Assembly: GCA_964655375.1 (NCBI GenBank)
Contig: CAZZNB010000023.1
Coordinates: 1 to 44,369, forward strand
Direction of reading: 5' to 3'
Length of the DNA stretch: 44,369 nt
From: an uncultured Candidatus Saccharibacteria bacterium
GTDB lineage: Bacteria > Patescibacteriota > Minisyncoccia > UBA6257 > HR35
Shown here piece after piece: positions 20,714-29,327 of this stretch. The position numbers were made by a program, and so were the translations under genes. A model generated the notes under the pieces. The model was not told the DNA's origin. It did no database searches and worked only from the letters and a program-made list of their open reading frames with translations. Position 1 is the first letter of the stretch; every line of letters starts with the position of its first letter.

Positions 20714-21358
20714 TTAATGAGTTAAACTATATTCAATTGCCCTTACCAAGCTATAAGATAATATTGTAACTATTGCACCTATTAATGACCATAATACATA
20801 TTGCATACCAGATCTATCACCAGGTTTTGTAATTAAAATAATTCCTCCGTAAATTATAAATCCTATTGCTGAAAGTAAGGAAATTGTATAGATAACAGTT
20901 AGAATTTTCTGGGCTAGCCATAATAGGCATTTACCAAGTAAACCTTGAGGGATAGACTGCCCTCTTAAAATGTCAAAAATATTATATGGAGTGCATACCC
21001 TACCTGGCTGAAATTTTAGTTGTTGAGCATAAGCTATATTTATTAGCCCAATAGCGCCTTTTGAAACTATATTTTCAATTAAAACTACCAAAGAATAAGA
21101 AATTATAGCTATTACTAAGCCTATTACTCCCCAAATTAAAATGTTTTTAACTTCATCAGCTTTTTTATAACTACCAATTAACATTATTCCTGCCCACATA
21201 AACATAATAACTGCTAATGCTCCAGAAATCCATGTTAATACTTTTAAAGCTACATCAAAAATTAATAATAAACAAGAAATAAAATCTTGACATACAATAG
21301 GAACAGGGGGGGTTAATTTACTTGGTAACCCAAAAAACGGATTAAAGGGATATGCCAT
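20714..21358 (-). CDS. Tandem double VirB2/TrbC-like pilin
   Basis: Two complete pilin units (AVIMFMWAG...IGLVIAIISY and AIGFIIYGG...IGAIVTILSY) joined by NIAYAQQ. Confidence 0.8.
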   Translation of the reverse strand: MAYPFNPFFGLPSKLTPPVPIVCQDFISCLLLIFDVALKVLTWISGALAVIMFMWAGIMLIGSYKKADEVKNILIWGVIGLVIAIISYSLVVLIENIVSKGAIGLINIAYAQQLKFQPGRVCTPYNIFDILRGQSIPQGLLGKCLLWLAQKILTVIYTISLLSAIGFIIYGGIILITKPGDRSGMQYVLWSLIGAIVTILSYSLVRAIEYSLTH

Positions 21359-21400
21359 CTAAAATTTACTGTTTAAAAATTTATCATTATGATCCTAATA

Positions 21401-21775
21401 TTAGCCTCCTAATCCTCCTGTTGTTACAATTGTATGAATTACAGTAACAAGGGCGTAAGAAATTAAAGCTATAACAAGACCTATAACTCCATATATTAAT
21501 CTTGTTTTACCTTCATCAATTTTTCCTTGAAATATTACATTAATACCACCCCAAATAATAAAAAGAACCGCCGCAGCAGCTGCTACCCATGTTAAAATTC
21601 TAAATAACCATTCAAAAATATTAAAAATAACATCTCTAACAGTTTGTTGCCCGGTAAATTGAGTTGTTACTACTGGTTCTACAATTGGTGGCTGCTGCTG
21701 TCCTAATGTAAAATTAAACAAACTAAATATTGTAAATAAAGCGACCAAATATATTAAATTTTTACTTATTTTCAT
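21401..21775 (-). CDS. VirB2/TrbC-like pilin (probable major pilin)
   Basis: Signal peptide ending FTLG-QQQ; AVLFIIWGG...K..IYGVIGLVIALISY; first gene of the array. Confidence 0.85.
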   Translation of the reverse strand: MKISKNLIYLVALFTIFSLFNFTLGQQQPPIVEPVVTTQFTGQQTVRDVIFNIFEWLFRILTWVAAAAAVLFIIWGGINVIFQGKIDEGKTRLIYGVIGLVIALISYALVTVIHTIVTTGGLGG

Positions 21776-21854
21776 TTTATCTTCTTAATTACTTAATCCG
21801 ACCCTCTTTATTTTATTCTTTGTTTAAAATAAATTATAAAATAAAGATTTCAAA

Positions 21855-21876
21855 AAACAATAAAAATTGTGGATAA
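21855..21876 (+). promoter_or_regulatory. DnaA-box-like site (TGTGGATAA at 21868-21876) within shared motif AAACAATAAAAAT-TGTGGATAA
   Basis: Perfect DnaA-box 9-mer 7 nt upstream of the comM ATG, with the same upstream flank as the site at 15615-15634. Confidence 0.55.
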
Positions 21877-21883
21877 TTAAAAA

Positions 21884-23383
21884 ATGTATTCGAAAATATA
21901 TTCTGCCATTTTAGATGGATTAGAAGGTAAAATTATAGAAGTAGAAACTGGTTTATTGCCAGGATTAACAGCTTTTTTAATAGTTGGATTAGGAGATAAA
22001 GCTGTACAAGAAGCAAAAGAAAGAATTAATTTAGCTTTAAAATCCATAAATGCTAAACCGCCTTTTAAATTTAATAGAAAAACAATAGTAAATTTAGCCC
22101 CTGCTGATATTAAAAAAGAAGGTTCTAATTTAGATTTAGCAATAGCTATAAGTTTTTTAATCGCCTCTAAACAAATTTCACCTATTAAAAAGAAAGTTTT
22201 ATTTTTAGGAGAACTTTCTTTAGAAGGAAAATTAAGAAAAATTAGAGGAGCCTTGCCTATTATTTTAAGTTTATATAAAGAATTTGAGGAAATTTATTTA
22301 CCAGCAGAAAATTATCCAGAAATTAAATATTTAAAAATTGATAATTTATATCTTTTTGAGAATTTAAAAGAAATTATAAGTCATATAGAAAAAACAAAAG
22401 TTAAAGAAAGATTTAAAGGAGAAAATTTTATTAAAAAAGAAAAGGATTTAGACTTAGATTTTATAAAAATTTCAGATTATATATTAAGAGCTATAACTAT
22501 AGCCTCAGCAGGAAGACATAATTTAATTTTATATGGACCACCGGGAACAGGAAAAACATTAATTGCAAAAAATATTGTTAATCTATTACCTGAATTATCT
22601 TATGAAGAAGCTTTAGAAGTAACAAGTATTTATAGCTGTGCAAATGAATTAAAAGAGGGATTTATAACCTCTCCGCCATTTAGAAATCCTCATCATAGTT
22701 CTTCTTCTGTAGCTATTTTAGGTGGAGGACAAAGTCCAAAACCTGGTGAGGTAAGTTTAGCACATAGAGGAATTTTATTTTTGGATGAATTACCAGAATT
22801 TAAAAGGGATGTCTTAGAAGGATTAAGAGAGCCTATGGAAAATGGTGAAATAACTATATCTCGAAGCAAAAAAACTATCAAAATGCCTGCTAAATTTATG
22901 TTGATAGGAGCTTATAATCCTTGTCCTTGTGGTTTTTATTTGGATCCAGAAAAAGAATGCAAATGTACTATTGCTGAAATTAAAAAATATCATAAAAAAT
23001 TATCTGGCCCGATTATAGATAGAATTGATATAAAAATAAATGTGCCAAGAATTAAAGGAGGGGAGCTTTTCTTGGAGAGCATTAGAAATTATAAAGATAT
23101 AGTTGAAAAAATAGATGAGCTTAAAGAATTACAGTTTAAAAGGCAAAATAAATTTAATAGCGAATTAAGCCCTAAAGAAATTAAAGAATATTGTAAACTT
23201 TCCTTAAAAGCTGAAATTTTTTTAAAAAAATCAATTGATAATTTAAGATTATCTTTAAGAGCAGTACATAAAATAATAAAAACAGCTAAAACTATTTCTG
23301 ATTTTGAAAACAAAGATATTATTGATTTAGAGCATATAGCTGAAGCTTTACAATATAGGAATGTAGAGGAAGATGGATTATAA
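21884..23383 (+). CDS. comM: YifB/ComM-family Mg-chelatase-like AAA+ ATPase
   Basis: IVGLGDKAVQEAKER, NLAPAD.KKEG..LDLAIA, GPPGTGKT, PFRNPHH, PGEVSLAHRGILFLDELPEF, NPCPCG, SGPIIDRID. Confidence 0.95.
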   Translation: MYSKIYSAILDGLEGKIIEVETGLLPGLTAFLIVGLGDKAVQEAKERINLALKSINAKPPFKFNRKTIVNLAPADIKKEGSNLDLAIAISFLIASKQISPIKKKVLFLGELSLEGKLRKIRGALPIILSLYKEFEEIYLPAENYPEIKYLKIDNLYLFENLKEIISHIEKTKVKERFKGENFIKKEKDLDLDFIKISDYILRAITIASAGRHNLILYGPPGTGKTLIAKNIVNLLPELSYEEALEVTSIYSCANELKEGFITSPPFRNPHHSSSSVAILGGGQSPKPGEVSLAHRGILFLDELPEFKRDVLEGLREPMENGEITISRSKKTIKMPAKFMLIGAYNPCPCGFYLDPEKECKCTIAEIKKYHKKLSGPIIDRIDIKINVPRIKGGELFLESIRNYKDIVEKIDELKELQFKRQNKFNSELSPKEIKEYCKLSLKAEIFLKKSIDNLRLSLRAVHKIIKTAKTISDFENKDIIDLEHIAEALQYRNVEEDGL

Positions 23384-23388
23384 TTATT

Positions 23389-24513
23389 TTGATGATTATT
23401 TTAGACAAAGAAAAATTGTTAAGGTTTAATAAAAACAATATAAAAAATAAAAAAGTTATAGTAAGGGTAGATTACAATGTAGAAATAAAAAATAAAAAAA
23501 TAGAAGAATTTTATAGAATAGAGAAAAGCCTAAAAACAATAAATTTTTTAAAGAATAATAAAGCAAAACAAATAATTCTTATTACCCATCTTGGAAGACC
23601 TAAAAATAGAGAAGCTAAATATTCTACTAAAAATATATTACCTTTTCTTAAAAAACATATAAAAGGAATCCAATACTTTAATTGGGAGCCTGGTAAAACA
23701 ATCAATATTAATAAAAAAATTGTAATTTTAGAAAATATACGATTTTTTAAAGAAGAAGAGAATAATAACCAAAAATTTTCTAAAAGCTTAGCACAATTAG
23801 GTGATATCTTTGTAAATGAAGCCTTCTCAGTTTCTCATAGAAAGCATTCTTCAATTTATGGAATTTCTAAATATTTACCAACTTATTTTGGTTTTAACTT
23901 TGAAGAAGAAATTAATAATTTAAACAAAGTTTTTGAATATATAAAAAAGAAAAAGTCTATAGGAGTAATTATAAGTGGAATTAAATTTGAAACTAAAATT
24001 GAATTAATAAATAAATTTATTAAAAAATCTGATGTTATTATTCTTGGAGGAGGAATAGCTAATACTTTTTTAAAAGCCAAAGGATTTGAGATAGGAAATT
24101 CTATTTACGATAAAGAATATTTAGAATATGTAAAAAATATATACTCAAATAAAATTATTTTGCCATTTGATTTTATCACTCAAAATGGTCATAAATATTT
24201 AGGAGAAATAAAAAAAGAAGATATAATTTATGATATTGGTGAAGAAAGCTTGGAAATTTTCATTGAAGAACTTAAAAAAGTAAGTTTAGTTATATGGAAT
24301 GGTCCTTTAGGCAAAATAGAAGATAAAAGATACTTAAAGGGGAGTTTAAATTTTGCTAAAAATTTAATGAAATTAAAAAATAAAAAAATTATAGGCGGCG
24401 GTGATACTTTAAAGATTTTCAAAAATATCAAAGTTAAAAACACATTTTTATCAACAGGAGGCGGAGCTATGTTATATTATTTAGCCTTCGAAAAGTTGCC
24501 TATTTTTGATTAA
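23389..24513 (+). CDS. pgk: Phosphoglycerate kinase
   Basis: VRVDYNV, THLGRP, LENIRF, FVNEAF..SHRKHSS, WNGPLG, GGGDT, STGGGA. Confidence 0.95.
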   Translation: MMIILDKEKLLRFNKNNIKNKKVIVRVDYNVEIKNKKIEEFYRIEKSLKTINFLKNNKAKQIILITHLGRPKNREAKYSTKNILPFLKKHIKGIQYFNWEPGKTININKKIVILENIRFFKEEENNNQKFSKSLAQLGDIFVNEAFSVSHRKHSSIYGISKYLPTYFGFNFEEEINNLNKVFEYIKKKKSIGVIISGIKFETKIELINKFIKKSDVIILGGGIANTFLKAKGFEIGNSIYDKEYLEYVKNIYSNKIILPFDFITQNGHKYLGEIKKEDIIYDIGEESLEIFIEELKKVSLVIWNGPLGKIEDKRYLKGSLNFAKNLMKLKNKKIIGGGDTLKIFKNIKVKNTFLSTGGGAMLYYLAFEKLPIFD

Positions 24514-25318
24514 AATGTTAGAAATTTTAAAAGAATCAATATTTTTATATCCTTTTATTTCTCTTTTGATAATTACTATTCCTATCTCTTTATTTGGTAT
24601 TTTTGTAATTTTTAAAAGAATGGTATTTTTCAGCGATGCAGTATCTCATAGTGCAATTTTTGTCATTGCTTTAAGCTATTTGTTAGCTTTAAATTTAAAT
24701 GTTCTAACAATTATATGGGTAATATTATTTTCGATTTTAATTTTTTTATTAAAAGAAAAATCTAAATTTAATTTTGATGTTTTAATTATGTTGCTTTCTA
24801 TTTTTGGTCTTTCTTTAGGTATAATAATTTTTAATTACATTCCTTTAATAAAAGGAGATATTAATTCTTATCTTTTTGGGAATATTCTTTTGTTATCTAA
24901 AATAGATGTTATTTTAATTCTTATTATTTCTTTGATTGGTATTTTGTTTATATTTCTAAAATTAAAAGAATTAATTTTAATTCCGCTCAATGAAGAATGG
25001 GCAATAACTGAAAATATAGATGTATATAAGATCAATTTATTATTTAATATTCTATTAGGAATTATTGTTGTATTGGGTATAAAATTTATAGGTGCTTTGT
25101 TGATAAGCGCAATTTTAATATTGCCTGCCTCTATAGCCAAATTAATTTCTAATTCTTTTAAAGAATTAATAATTTTTACATTATTTTACGGCGAGGCAAT
25201 TTCAATTTTAGGTTTTATTTTATCTTATATCTTAAATTTACCTTTAGGACCATGTATAGTTATATTAGGGTTTTTAATATTTAATATTATTTTGACTTTT
25301 CGAAGAAAGCTTATATAA
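24506..25318 (+). CDS. Metal (Zn/Mn) ABC transporter permease, ZnuB family
   Basis: KRMVFFSDAVSHSA, YLFGNIL, IGALLISAILILPA..A, GP.IV. Confidence 0.9.
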   Translation: MIKMLEILKESIFLYPFISLLIITIPISLFGIFVIFKRMVFFSDAVSHSAIFVIALSYLLALNLNVLTIIWVILFSILIFLLKEKSKFNFDVLIMLLSIFGLSLGIIIFNYIPLIKGDINSYLFGNILLLSKIDVILILIISLIGILFIFLKLKELILIPLNEEWAITENIDVYKINLLFNILLGIIVVLGIKFIGALLISAILILPASIAKLISNSFKELIIFTLFYGEAISILGFILSYILNLPLGPCIVILGFLIFNIILTFRRKLI

Positions 25319-25326
25319 TTTAATTA

Positions 25327-25578
25327 ATGGGTAATTATAAAGAAATTACAAAAATATTAGTTTGGATTGTAGTAATTAGTACAGTTCTTTATTTTGTTTT
25401 ATTGCCTATTAGTTTTACAAGACCTACTCCACAAAGAATTTCTCCTCAAGAATTAAATAAAACTTTAGAAGCTAATCCTTTTTCGACTTATCCGCCAACA
25501 TCACTAGAAACTAATACAAAAACAACTTCTACTTTAGATTTTGAAATTCCAGTACCTGCTCTTCCAATTCCTCAATAA
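25327..25578 (+). CDS. Small membrane-anchored hypothetical protein with Pro/Thr-rich tail
   Basis: One N-terminal TM helix; 3' end overlaps the convergent GalT-like gene by 50 nt. Confidence 0.6.
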   Translation: MGNYKEITKILVWIVVISTVLYFVLLPISFTRPTPQRISPQELNKTLEANPFSTYPPTSLETNTKTTSTLDFEIPVPALPIPQ

Positions 25579-26518
25579 ATTTTTTAGAGAATTCTAATAT
25601 ATCAAAACCTACAACAGAACATGCATATATTTCTAAACTTCCTATGTCTGAATTTAACTTAACATCTTCTCCTCTATCTACTAAATAACCTAAAAGTCTA
25701 TTTTTTGTTTCTATCAAAAAGACATTAAAATTTTCTGAAAATTTTTTATAAACATCTAAAACCAAAGCTATATCTTTAATTGATGTTTCAAAATTGGTAT
25801 CCCACAATATTATTTCTTTGTCTTTAAACGGTGTAAGATTGATAACTACTTTAACATTGCTTAACTTTTTAGCTAAATTTAATTTATTTAAAACATTAAA
25901 AAAGTCTTCGAGGTATTCTGAATTATATTTTTCTTTATATTTTTCTATTTTTTCATAAAAATCTTTTATTTTAAAAGGTATTTCAGTTAAAGAAAAGATT
26001 TGAAAATGTGGATGATCTATACTTGCTCCTGCTCTTAAACCATAATTAAAAATCAAGATCCTAATATTATTTTCTTGCTTTTTAAACCAATCAATTGCCA
26101 AATTAAGTGCATTATAAAAATCTATAAAATTTAAATCTTTTTTATTATGTTTTTTAAAAATAACTAAAGAGTGTGAAGGGGAAATTTTTGCTAAATTTGA
26201 AGCGGTGATAGCATATTCATTTTCTAATCTGCCTATCTCATCAACTGGCGTATTTTCCTTAGGATTACAAAAGGGATCATGAGTTTCTATTTTTATTTCT
26301 TTTTTAGGTTCTTTTCTCCTAGCTCTCCAAATATTAAAGCGGGTTTCTTGATTTAAAATTTTGTTTTTAAATATATATATTTTCTGCTCTTCTCCATTAC
26401 CTATTGTTTTTTTTAATTTATCTGGAAACTTTTGTTTAGCAATTTCTATTTTATACTGGAAAATCCTATAAAAAATTTCATCTTTTAAGTTCTCGATTAA
26501 TTTGATTAATTCTTCCAT
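25529..26518 (-). CDS. GalT-like HIT-superfamily nucleotidyltransferase
   Basis: DPFC, SNLAK, and RAGASIDHPHFQ (HxHxQ signature of the GalT branch). Confidence 0.75.
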   Translation of the reverse strand: MEELIKLIENLKDEIFYRIFQYKIEIAKQKFPDKLKKTIGNGEEQKIYIFKNKILNQETRFNIWRARRKEPKKEIKIETHDPFCNPKENTPVDEIGRLENEYAITASNLAKISPSHSLVIFKKHNKKDLNFIDFYNALNLAIDWFKKQENNIRILIFNYGLRAGASIDHPHFQIFSLTEIPFKIKDFYEKIEKYKEKYNSEYLEDFFNVLNKLNLAKKLSNVKVVINLTPFKDKEIILWDTNFETSIKDIALVLDVYKKFSENFNVFLIETKNRLLGYLVDRGEDVKLNSDIGSLEIYACSVVGFDILEFSKKFIEELEEQVLEFQNLK

Positions 26519-27445
26519 TTAAATCTTTAATTTATTTAAATAATTAACTGCTGAAAGTGCACATATAATCCCATGACCTACAGCTATTCCTATTTGTTTG
26601 AACGGTATATCTGTAACATCACCACCAGCAAACAATCCTGGTATTGCTGTTTCGCATAATTTATTTATTATTATTTCTCCATAAGAATTTTTAATATTCC
26701 ATTCATCAGGAATAAAATTTGAATTTGGTTGCATTCCTATATGTATAAACACACCATCTACATATATTTCTTGATCTTTATTTAAAATTGTATCTAAATA
26801 TCTAACGCCCTTAACAAATTTATCTCCGAAAATTTCTTTAGTTAAAGCATTATAAATAATTTTTAGGTTTTCTTTTTTTTCTAATTGCTCAATTAATGAT
26901 TTATCTCCTTTGAAATGTGGATTTTTATTAATTATATAAGCATATTTACAAATATCTGAAGCCATTAAGCCTGCTTCAAGCGCTGAATTTCCTCCTCCAA
27001 TAATTGCTACTATTTTATCTTTAAATAACGGCATATCACATACACTACAATAACTTACTCCTTTATGATAAAATTTATCTTCTCCAGGAATATTAAGTTT
27101 TTTAGGGCTTGATCCTGTAGTTACTATCAGTGTTTTTGTTTTGTAAATATTATTTTTATTTGTGAAAACTAAAAAAATATTATTTTCTTTTTCAACTTTA
27201 TTAACTTCTTCATAAAATACTTCAATGTTATATTTTTCTAATTGCTCCTTAAATTTTTTTGTAAGTTCTAAACCGGTTGTATTAGGAACACCTGGATAAT
27301 TTTCAACTATACCTGAAAGCGCCATTTCCCCTCCTATATCTTTAGATAAAATTAATAATTTTACACCTCGTCTTTTTAAATAAATAGCTGCACTTATACC
27401 GCCAGCTGATGCTCCAATTATTATTGAATCATAAATTTCATTCAT
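26519..27445 (-). CDS. trxB: Thioredoxin-disulfide reductase
   Basis: IIGASAGG, VENYPG, GVSYCSVCD (CxxC), IGGGNSALE, GLFAGGD. Confidence 0.9.
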   Translation of the reverse strand: MNEIYDSIIIGASAGGISAAIYLKRRGVKLLILSKDIGGEMALSGIVENYPGVPNTTGLELTKKFKEQLEKYNIEVFYEEVNKVEKENNIFLVFTNKNNIYKTKTLIVTTGSSPKKLNIPGEDKFYHKGVSYCSVCDMPLFKDKIVAIIGGGNSALEAGLMASDICKYAYIINKNPHFKGDKSLIEQLEKKENLKIIYNALTKEIFGDKFVKGVRYLDTILNKDQEIYVDGVFIHIGMQPNSNFIPDEWNIKNSYGEIIINKLCETAIPGLFAGGDVTDIPFKQIGIAVGHGIICALSAVNYLNKLKI

Positions 27446-27566
27446 ACTTTAAAGGAAATAATAAAGTTTTAAAAAGTGCCTCGATAACATCTGGATTTGT
27501 AAAAATCCATAAAAAAATTGCTGCAATTAAAAGATAAATAATAAATAATGCGATCTCTTTTTGCAT
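27438..27566 (-). CDS. Small single-pass membrane protein, 42 aa (not in the ORF track)
   Basis: MQKEIALFIIYLLIAAIFLWIFTNPDVIEALFKTLLFPLKYE*. ATG 1 nt after the prfA stop; its TGA overlaps the trxB start. Confidence 0.65.
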   Translation of the reverse strand: MQKEIALFIIYLLIAAIFLWIFTNPDVIEALFKTLLFPLKYE

Positions 27567-27567
27567 T

Positions 27568-28320
27568 TTATATTTTTTGTCCTACAAATTCTTTAATAAT
27601 AATTTCTAAATCTCCATCCATAATATCTTCTAAATTATACCAACTTTTATTTAATCTATGATCGGTTATTCTGTTTTGAGGAAAATTATAAGTTCTAATT
27701 TTTTCTGATCTTTCTTGAGTACCTATTTGTTGTCTTCTTTCCTCGGTTAGTTCTTTTGCAATTTTTTCTTGTTCTATTTGCCAAAGTTTAGATTTTAAAA
27801 TTTGCAAAGCTATTTCCTTATTTCTTTGTTGAGTCCGTTCTGATTGACAACTCACTACAATACCTGTAGGTTTATGGTAAATTCTAACCGCAGTTTCTAC
27901 TTTATTGACATTTTGACCACCAGGACCGCTAGCTCTAAAAAATTCAACTTCTATATCAGATTCTTTAATTTCTATAGGAGTATATTCATATTTAGGTAAA
28001 ACTGCAACAGAAGCAGTTGAGGTATGAATTCTTCCTGATTTTTCTGTAATAGGGATTCTTTGAACTCTATGTACTCCTGCTTCATTTTTTAGTAATTCAT
28101 AAACATTTTCGCCTCTTATTTCTGTTACTAAAGTTTTTATGCCTCCTAAATCTGAATATTGTTCTTCATGAACTATCACTTTAAAACCTTTTTTGTTAAA
28201 AAATTTTAGATACATTCTCCATAAATCTTTTGCAAATAAAGCAGCTTCTTCACCACCTACTCCTGCTCTTATTTCAAAAATTACGCTATTGATTTTAGAA
28301 TTTGTTTGGTTGTTATTCAT
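27568..28320 (-). CDS. prfA: Peptide chain release factor 1, lacking N-terminal domain 1
   Basis: [27 protein letters not shown] (PxT), [29 protein letters not shown]. Confidence 0.92.
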   Translation of the reverse strand: MNNNQTNSKINSVIFEIRAGVGGEEAALFAKDLWRMYLKFFNKKGFKVIVHEEQYSDLGGIKTLVTEIRGENVYELLKNEAGVHRVQRIPITEKSGRIHTSTASVAVLPKYEYTPIEIKESDIEVEFFRASGPGGQNVNKVETAVRIYHKPTGIVVSCQSERTQQRNKEIALQILKSKLWQIEQEKIAKELTEERRQQIGTQERSEKIRTYNFPQNRITDHRLNKSWYNLEDIMDGDLEIIIKEFVGQKI

Positions 28321-28393
28321 TTTTTGTCTTTATTAAAAAAATTTTTAAATAATTACTTGTAAAATAAATTCTTTAATGTTAAAATTAAATTAG

Positions 28394-28597
28394 TTAAGAT
28401 TTTTTCTTATATTTTCTTAAAAATTTCTCTACTTGTCCAAGAGCTACCTTTCTTTCTTCGGTCCCTATAAATAATGGAGCACAATTTCTACAAACTTCTA
28501 CATTAATATTTTCCTTTGTTGAATAAACTTCAAATTCATTCCCACATGCACATTTTACTTTTGTTTTAAAATATTTTGGATGAATATTTTTCTTCAT
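28394..28597 (-). CDS. rpmE: 50S ribosomal protein L31 (Cys-containing type)
   Basis: MKKNIHPKY, CACG, EVCRNC, VEKFLRKY. Confidence 0.95.
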   Translation of the reverse strand: MKKNIHPKYFKTKVKCACGNEFEVYSTKENINVEVCRNCAPLFIGTEERKVALGQVEKFLRKYKKKS

Positions 28598-28601
28598 TTC
28601 G

Positions 28602-28613
28602 ATTATAATTATA
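28602..28613. promoter_or_regulatory. Overlapping -10 hexamers of the divergent rpmE/rpsB promoters
   Basis: The 25-nt spacer contains TATAAT on + (28604-28609) and on - (28602-28607 and 28608-28613). Confidence 0.55.
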
Positions 28614-28622
28614 TCATATAAA

Positions 28623-29327
28623 ATGGAAACAAAAATAATAGAAAAAACAAAAGTATTAGAAGAAATGATGAAAGCTGGATGTCAATATGGAAGAGCTAAA
28701 AGGTTTACACATCCTTCGATAAAGCCATTTTTGATTAAAAATAAAAGAGGTAATATAGAGTATTTTAATTTAGAAAAAACTTTAGATAGCATTGAAAGGG
28801 TGGCAGAATTTCTTAGAAAGGTGTTACAAGAAAATAAAGTAATTTTATTTGTAGGAGCAAAGCCTGCTGCTGAAGAAGCTATTAAAATCATAGCTGATGC
28901 TTTTAATATGCCTTATCTAAATCATAAATGGGTTGGTGGTTTTATTACTAATTTTGAAACAATAAAAAATAGAATTGCTTATTTCAAAGAATTATTAGAA
29001 AAAGAAAAAAGCGGTGAAATAGATAATTATCCTCCTAAAGATAAACAGAGAATTATAAGGGAATTAGAAAAAATGAAAAAAATATATTCAGGTGTAATAA
29101 ATTTAGAGAATTTACCTGATGTTTTATTTATAGTAGATTTGGCTTACAAATCTCATAAAATTGCTTTGATGGAAGCTTTGAAAAAGAATATACCTGTTTG
29201 CGCTATCGCTGGATCTGATAATGATGTAAGTAAAATAGAATATTTTATACCTGCTAATGATAAAGCTCCTTCAAGTATTAAATTTATAATTAATTTTTTA
29301 ATTAAAAAAATAAAAGAAAATGAATAA
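28623..29327 (+). CDS. rpsB: 30S ribosomal protein S2
   Basis: ILFVGAK, KWVGGFITNF, LPDVLFIVD, PANDKA..SI. Confidence 0.96.
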   Translation: METKIIEKTKVLEEMMKAGCQYGRAKRFTHPSIKPFLIKNKRGNIEYFNLEKTLDSIERVAEFLRKVLQENKVILFVGAKPAAEEAIKIIADAFNMPYLNHKWVGGFITNFETIKNRIAYFKELLEKEKSGEIDNYPPKDKQRIIRELEKMKKIYSGVINLENLPDVLFIVDLAYKSHKIALMEALKKNIPVCAIAGSDNDVSKIEYFIPANDKAPSSIKFIINFLIKKIKENE

